Shown here piece after piece: positions 1-6,031 of a DNA stretch of 6,031 bases. A program made the translations under genes and the position numbers. Numbering within the stretch: position 1 is the first letter of the stretch; each line of letters starts with the position of its first letter. A model generated the notes under the pieces. The model saw nothing but the letters and a program-made list of their open reading frames with translations, searched no databases and was not told where the DNA came from. This DNA is from Trichoplax adhaerens (taxonomy: Eukaryota > Animalia > Placozoa): contig NW_002061336.1 in assembly GCF_000150275.1 (NCBI RefSeq), positions 1-6,031 on the forward strand. Direction: 5' to 3'.

Positions 1-2
1 CG

Positions 3-683
3 GAAGTTTCTACCGTCGATCTTAGCACAGTTATTTTCCAAGAAATTGAAAATACTATAAGTTCATTATCAGAAACAAAATCAATAAGTGATGATTTAGC
101 GGAAGACCAACCAATAGAGCAATTAACTAGCTCATCGATAGAAAGTTTTATTCGTGAAATTCTCGTAACATCTCCAAGTAATTTCAATAGTTATTCCGGC
201 GATAACATCTTCCAGAAAATACGTAGATTCGATCATCATTGGTCTGGCCGTTGGGGAGAGGAATTTGCATATCGCTACTTTAAAGAATATTATAAGAAAA
301 AATTTTCATCGATTAATCATGAAGAGGAAACTAGTGGCAACTATGTTTTAGCTGGAACTTACGAAAACGGCAAAAATGTTACTATCAAGGTTATTTGGTG
401 CAACCATAGTATGGAAAGCGGTAAACCTATGGACTTGCAAATTGTTATTGATGATTATAATACGTATATCGAAGTGAAATCAACTTATAAATCGGAAGAT
501 ATGTTGGCAAAAATTAGCAAAAATGAATGGCGAGCTATGCGTCATTATGCTGAACAATATGAACTATTTTGTGTCTACAATGCTGGCAAAGCGGAGCGTG
601 TACGAGTAAGAAAGATCAAAAATCCTGCAGCAAAGCTATATAACGGCGAATTTGTTCCTTCAGCAATGTATCTTAAACTCTAG
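3..683 (+). CDS. 5'-truncated CDS (or terminal exon): NO VEIN-like protein with C-terminal NOV_C/DUF3883 PD-(D/E)XK nuclease-like domain
   Basis: Frame 3 has no stop from position 3 to TAG at 681-683 (EVSTVDLSTVIFQEIEN...SAMYLKL*), so the ATG at 411 is internal. Motifs of the NOV_C/DUF3883 family occur in the right order: GRWGEEFAYRY (GRWGEE at 246-263), VIWCN..ESGKPMDL (D at 432-434), YIEVKST (EVK at 471-479), ISKNEW, then YELFCVYNAG. Family assignment is by motif recognition, not by a database search. Confidence 0.88.
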   Translation, partial: EVSTVDLSTVIFQEIENTISSLSETKSISDDLAEDQPIEQLTSSSIESFIREILVTSPSNFNSYSGDNIFQKIRRFDHHWSGRWGEEFAYRYFKEYYKKKFSSINHEEETSGNYVLAGTYENGKNVTIKVIWCNHSMESGKPMDLQIVIDDYNTYIEVKSTYKSEDMLAKISKNEWRAMRHYAEQYELFCVYNAGKAERVRVRKIKNPAAKLYNGEFVPSAMYLKL

Positions 684-1374
684 CCTTGGTAGTATCGCCT
701 TATAACAATAGTCATTTGATTTAATTATGGTATCTATTCCATTCGAATGGTTCTATGTTGCATTTATTTTAGAAATCTTCTTCATCTTACTTTTCCATTA
801 CACTGCTCGTCTATACGAAGTTAATTCAATTAAATATGCTTTCAATAGATAGATTTGGCATTGTAGTAGCAATTATGATAACTAGTTATGCTATTAGATT
901 ATAGTAATTAATAGTTTAGTTAAAAAACGGAATATGAACACGATAAGTTTATCTGAGTTCCAATCGGCATAAATTTTAGAATGGAGCCCGCCTTCGTTTC
1001 TTAATGTGCATTATGTACTGCAGTTACTGATTTGTAGACAGACTACGATACTTCGTGGTTAGATTATTTGTTTGTTATTACATTTGCAAGGAATGCAAGA
1101 TATAATTTTTCTGAGCTTGTACGGCTAGTTGCCAAACTAATTTTGAATACATTAGAGTAATAATTTCGTCGCTATGATAGAATTCACTAATAGCTTGAAG
1201 ATGCTTATAAACAGGTGTTGTAGTTCGATAGGTTGAAGGAAAAGCACAAGAGTTAGCCAGGCCAATTTTCTGTTTGTACAACTCGTTGTAACGTGTTTTG
1301 TTACGTGTGATTCGTATTTAAATAAATATTAAAAAATGTACGTGTGATTTATGAAGAAGCAATAATAAGTTTTT

Positions 1375-1418
1375 GTAGGGACAGCATTCTAGTAAAGACA
1401 TAATTTCTGTAAGGACAG
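1375..1418 (+). repeat. Three degenerate copies of GTARRGACA with 17-bp period
   Basis: GTAGGGACAG (1375), GTAAAGACAT (1392) and GTAAGGACAG (1409) are exactly 17 bp apart. Confidence 0.45.
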
Positions 1419-1608
1419 TCTAACTAAAAGAGTAGTCGGAGCTAGATGTCTTGAGAGAAAATAATTTTTTATTAGCCTAGAAAGAGACGGTAATTTGCAA
1501 CAATATCATTTACAGCAATTTTGAATTAATATTAGTCTACTTGAAGGTCATGTTTTATGCTAAATTTCGTATACATTATGGGTATAGAATCTACTCCATT
1601 TACTTTAG

Positions 1609-1891
1609 AACTTTGAAAGCCAACAATCAAAGTTTGTACTTTAAATGGGAATGCAAGATGCCTCATTAAGCGATATCAGCAAGTCTCAGTAACTCTAGTA
1701 TGATTAGCTTCGGGTGAGGAATAGCAATCATGCTGGCTTAGGATCCCTTACTTGGAGGAGATTAACTTAATAACTTATTATTAAGTATAAGGCAGGGTAA
1801 GGAAATCCATTGGATAGATTTCGATTGTCGTCTAAGCAGAATTGACCAGGAAGAATTTTGGGCAAGTATGTTTGTCAACATGTTGTCATGA
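1609..1891 (+). pseudogene. Possible highly decayed PI3K/PI4K/PIKK-like kinase catalytic-region fragment
   Basis: Frame 2 reads TLKANNQSLYFKWECKMPH*AISASLSNSSMISFG*GIAIMLA*DPLLGGD*LNNLLLSIRQGKEIHWIDFDCRLSRIDQEEFWASMFVNMLS*. This resembles the PIKK pattern AVM..G.ILGLGDRH..NILL....G...H.DF.C, but has four internal stops and lacks the RH of DRH. GC is locally raised (112/300 in 1621-1920 by my count). Confidence 0.2.
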
Positions 1892-2423
1892 AGGATTATA
1901 AAAGGCTGACTCATTTGGAAGGAAGTTCAGTCTAAAATCTAGCTGTGTATTGATAAACGTTGATTAAGCTTACTACTGTAATATTTAATAATAGTTATTA
2001 AATCTTAAACTGTTTTATCCACTACAATTGGGAGACAACTTTCATTTCAAACTAATGTTATTATTACCATTACAAGTAGCACAATTTTTAAATTTTGGAA
2101 TTCATCATCGATTTTAGTTGCGGGAAAAGTTTCAAGCCTAAAAGTCTATGTTGACTGATATAATAACTTTATGAGTTGTTTAATGAGCCATAATTGCGTC
2201 TAAGCTTAAGGGAATATCTTATGTAGTTTTAGCTTGATTGTCATACTTTATCGCATACATTTTAAAGTTATCATTTTTACTACGGTATTAAAACTACGTT
2301 ATCCTAAGTTTTTTACATGTATCTAGTGAGGAAGCAAACGAATTTTAACTATCGTTGTATTAACATTGGTAGGCGTAATTTAAACTATCCATATATCCAT
2401 AATTTATTCACAACCCCATAATT

Positions 2424-2631
2424 TTATAATACTTTGAATGCAATTTTGTATGTTTCCGATTTTACTTAAGAATATTTGTGCAATACAATTTTAAGTAGTC
2501 ATAAATTGCATTTATTATTAGGGCAAGGCCTTCAAATAGGTAAAAACAATAATCCGTAAATTTATATTTCTTTCCTACGCTACAGATAGGTATATGTCAA
2601 AATAGTAGGCTTATAATACTTTGACTACAAT
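2424..2631 (+). repeat. 21-bp imperfect direct repeat pair
   Basis: TTATAATACTTTGAATGCAAT (2424-2444) and TTATAATACTTTGACTACAAT (2611-2631) match at 19/21 positions, 187 bp apart. Confidence 0.55.
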
Positions 2632-2723
2632 GTCATTTTAATTGAAATAGTGGCGTAGTAGCAAGGTTACAAGGCTATGCAGATGAAGTAATAAGCAACT
2701 TACAACGACGAGAAGTGGGAAGT

Positions 2724-2783
2724 AATGTAATGAATTATGAGAGTAGCATTTATAGAAAGAATCATTGCTACTCTCATTACATT
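2724..2783. repeat. Inverted repeat / bulged hairpin
   Basis: ATGAGAGTAGCA (2737-2748) is the exact reverse complement of TGCTACTCTCAT (2766-2777), with a 17-nt loop. After a 7-nt bulge, AATGTA (2724-2729) pairs with TACATT (2778-2783). Confidence 0.7.
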
Positions 2784-5142
2784 TGTCGCATAAGCATCGT
2801 TTACAGACTATACATTAGACCCGATTGAATCCCTTATAGCTATAATATTGACTTGACATAATTTAAGTTAAATTTAATATCGTTGCAATTATCATCATGA
2901 TTATAATTATCAGAAGAATCTAAAAATTAATTTATGTTTATATTTAATACAACTGATATTTTGATAGTTTTGGGTTTTATTTATAAATCTACTCTGTGAA
3001 AGCAATAAGAAATTACCTCCATGCGTGTAAATATTTATAAGTTGTTCTGAAAATTATTATAATAGCTATTAATGCATTGGTAAAGTGATTAGCCTCACCA
3101 TGATGCAAACATGAGCTTTAATAGAAGGAGTTATCGTGTGTCTGAATTTTTTCTTGAATAATCTCAAAATAAGCCAGTAGACAAAATTGCATGATTTCAT
3201 TTTGACCTGTTTAATCCATATTGAAAAATGTATACTTGTATCTGAGTATATATGCTACTTACATAAATCTGATTCATGAAACTATTTTCAAAGATGAATA
3301 GAGTAACTACATACTCCGATTGATTAATAATATATATTTCAAGATTTATAACAAACTTCTTAAAGAGATTTGTAACAATGATGATACTAAACCCTATTCT
3401 CTATTTATTCTAACAGGATCCCATACATATGGATAGTTAATAGCACTTCCTATCACATAAGTAAATTGTATACAATACATTTTAATATCAATTATTAAAC
3501 TGTTCGATAGGAAAATGAAGGATACTTATGGTATGTACTACACTGCATGCCGTACTATCGCTATATTTTTCTAACACAAAACTGCTATAATTAGCTGAAA
3601 TCATTACAGGGTATAATTATTGGCTTTAGTTCGAAATTTAAACGTCCAGTTTTATATTAAACATAAATTAAAATAAGTCAGCCGGGCTCACGTATAAATT
3701 TCAAGCTGATTTTACTCTTGCTATTACCATATAATTTATTTAAGAGCGGAATTGAAATATCTTTTGAATCATAATTATTAATATATCTACTACTATTATA
3801 AAGACGAATAATACTGATATTACTGATGTTTTACAAAATAGCCACCAATAAGCACACTCGAATGATGAAAATATTTTTGAAACAGGAAATACTTTTAAGG
3901 AGTAACTGCTTAATTGACAACTTACCGTATATTTAGATATTGTTTTATACAACGCTTGCTTAGATGCAATACAAATTTCTTATTCTTATAGTTTACAAGA
4001 AAAAAACTATTAATAAATGAACATTATGGCTTTTCATAGTATTGTAGCAAAGTCTTTAATCTTCTAGTGTTCATAAAGATATTGGTTGCAACTCCATTTA
4101 TTCCACTCTTTATTATTATAACTACCGCATTAGTGCTGGTTTATTATACTTTATTTCAAATAAATCATAGAATATGTTAGAACATTTATTTAAAAGATAC
4201 ACAGGGTATTTATATTTGATCTCAACACACCGAGTATAATATATCATATCTAACCGTTTACTGCAAGCTGAGATATAATGAATATACAAAGATCGCAATT
4301 AAGCTAAAGCTATTACGTTATTGACCCAAAAACCAAAATATACATGGTCATTAATGTAGAAAATAACCAAGAAATTTATACTTTTGAATCGTTTAGATCA
4401 TCATTAGCGATAGGATATATTCTATAAAATTTAACTAATTAATAATGAATGAATGAACGAAAACCAATACATGTATTCAATCTTGATAGCTAATCAACCA
4501 CATCTGCATAATTTTATATTTAAAGGGATCAATATAACTAAGATAATAAATGATAGGCTTGAAAACAACGCTTAAAAAGCAAATTTCAAAATGATTCATT
4601 AAGGTAGACTTTATATACTCACGCTATTTATTTATAGAATTAATTAACTGCAGTATATCATAGCAGCAAACATGTCAAAGATCACTTAAATTACGATAAA
4701 TTGTCAAAGACGTAAATATTGAAATTATTCTATGAAAATAACGTTGCGTAACAAAAAATTTATACAAATTAATCATGAATCTAACGATGAATGCAAGTAA
4801 TATAAAGGTTCCACTCTATAAAAAGCTTGAAATAAGCAATAAAAGTAAGGTGTGCGATAATGAACCGACAAAAATTTATGTTTATATCCATTTTATGTAA
4901 TTAATTCTGTTAGAATCATTGATCCAGGAATGATTAGCAGCATCAAGAAGAAAAGGTTTCATGAATTGAAAAGATGCTACAGAAACAAAGTCATATGTTA
5001 GTAGATTTAAGAATACCTCAGATCAACTAACTCTTGTTCCAAGTAATTAATCAATTATACCACAAAGATCGGTATTCACAAAATTGGCATAATCAAGATG
5101 GATAAGATAAATTGTGTTATATGTGCGAGATGATACAATAAT

Positions 5143-5458
5143 AAATTAATGAATCTTATATGCGTATTCATTCTACTCATGCTATATAAAACTAACGATA
5201 TCAAAATAATTATGAGTTAAAAAAGGATCAACATAGTGTGTGTGAATAAATACAAAATTTAAATAAAGCCATAAAAACAAGACCGGAATCGTCAAATTAA
5301 TAAAGACTTTAAATGCTAACATATTCCATCCAATTACTTTATCACACTAAAGCTATTGGTATTGGAACTAGTAGCACATTTATGATGAACAAGAGACAAT
5401 AAAACTTGAGATACACAATAATAAGAGGGTAAATAAGATTAAAAATTAATAAAGACTT
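5143..5458 (+). repeat. Degenerate direct repeats with ~150-bp spacing
   Basis: AAATTAATAAAGACTT is exact at 5294-5309 and 5443-5458. A variant AAATTAATGAATCTT lies at 5143-5157. Spacings are 151 and 149 bp. Confidence 0.45.
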
Positions 5459-6031
5459 CACGTAAATCTATGCAATTTACTTATTTACACGGTAACAATT
5501 AGTAACTCAAAAATCGGCATAAATAAGATAGAAAAATTCAAGACAGGACATGAAAGATAATAAAAACTAACTGATGCAATTATATACATATTAATTATCA
5601 AATATTCACTCACAATATGCAACTAACCTATTAGCACAGTATAACCAATTCTGAATTAACTAATTAATAAGTTAACAGATTAATATAATTGTGATATTTA
5701 TCAGCGATTCATTAATATTTAAAAGCTATTAGTTATGATACTAACAGTTGTTTATCTCCTCAAAATTGCTAGCTAGTTGTAATTTTTGTGTCTACTGAAA
5801 TAATTCATTTCATTAGTTTTATTAGCAATAGCTGAAACTACATCTGTAACATGGTGGATAAATTAATGTTATTGGTGTCGACATACTAACCTTAATTACT
5901 TTTAAATCATATATTGAAATTTTGAAGGCATACTTATTAATATTTGCCTTTACCGAAAAAAACGATTTCCTGTACTAATTGACTGAATTTGAAAATTTAA
6001 GCTAGACTCTCACAGCACTATAGATATTATA

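Noticed and set aside
411-683. 90-aa ORF starting at ATG 411 as a standalone gene
   Set aside because: The frame is open upstream to the window edge and the conserved GRWGEE and WCN motifs lie before 411, so this ATG is internal.
973-1062. ILEWSPPSFLNVHYVLQ, reminiscent of a fibronectin type III W.PP...Y motif
   Set aside because: Short, bounded by stops, and the rest of the domain is absent.
1078-1281. 67-aa minus-strand ORF
   Set aside because: TTG start, no recognisable motif, and a length compatible with chance.
3125-3180. Shine-Dalgarno-like AAGGAG followed by GTG
   Set aside because: The downstream frames close after 14 or fewer codons.
2698-3925. Minus-strand GTAAGT splice-donor consensus sites (2698-2703, 3257-3262, 3920-3925)
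   Set aside because: The number is about what chance gives at this composition, and I could not assemble a coherent spliced protein.
3740-3952. 70-aa minus-strand ORF with a hydrophobic C-terminus
   Set aside because: TTG start and no recognisable family. Hydrophobicity is expected from T-rich sequence. It cannot be fully excluded as an exon or small membrane protein.
3768-4015. Plus-strand frame readable if TAA were Gln (ciliate-type code)
   Set aside because: It also contains an in-frame TGA, and the 226 codons of the real CDS contain no internal TAA/TAG and end in TAG, which argues for the standard code.
4445-4460. Short (ATGA)n run
   Set aside because: Only about three units, trivial low-complexity sequence.
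684-6031. CRISPR array, tRNA/rRNA, IS or transposase, intrinsic terminator
   Set aside because: No regularly spaced 23-50 bp repeats, no cloverleaf or rRNA-like GC-rich segment, no transposase frame or terminal inverted repeat pair, and no GC stem with a U-tract were seen.

Overview
AT-rich window (roughly 30% GC by eye) with one confidently identifiable gene. It is the 3' end of a + strand CDS in frame 3, open from the window edge (3..683, 226 aa visible), which is longer than the 90-aa call in the ORF track. It encodes an acidic, Ser/Thr-rich linker followed by a C-terminal NO VEIN C-terminal (NOV_C, formerly DUF3883) PD-(D/E)XK nuclease-like domain with intact catalytic motifs. In the remaining ~5.3 kb I recognise no intact gene, RNA gene, CRISPR array or transposase. 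That pattern fits eukaryotic intergenic/intronic DNA or a heavily decayed genome better than a normal gene-dense prokaryotic one. Weak signals in the non-coding part are: a GC-elevated segment (~1609-1891) whose stop-interrupted frame resembles the catalytic region of a PI3K/PIKK-like kinase; a bulged hairpin (2724-2783); a degenerate ~150-bp periodic, strand-skewed region (~5080-5600); and several short repeats and palindromes. No complete novel system can be supported from this window alone. The best lead is the upstream, unseen part of the NOV_C protein.
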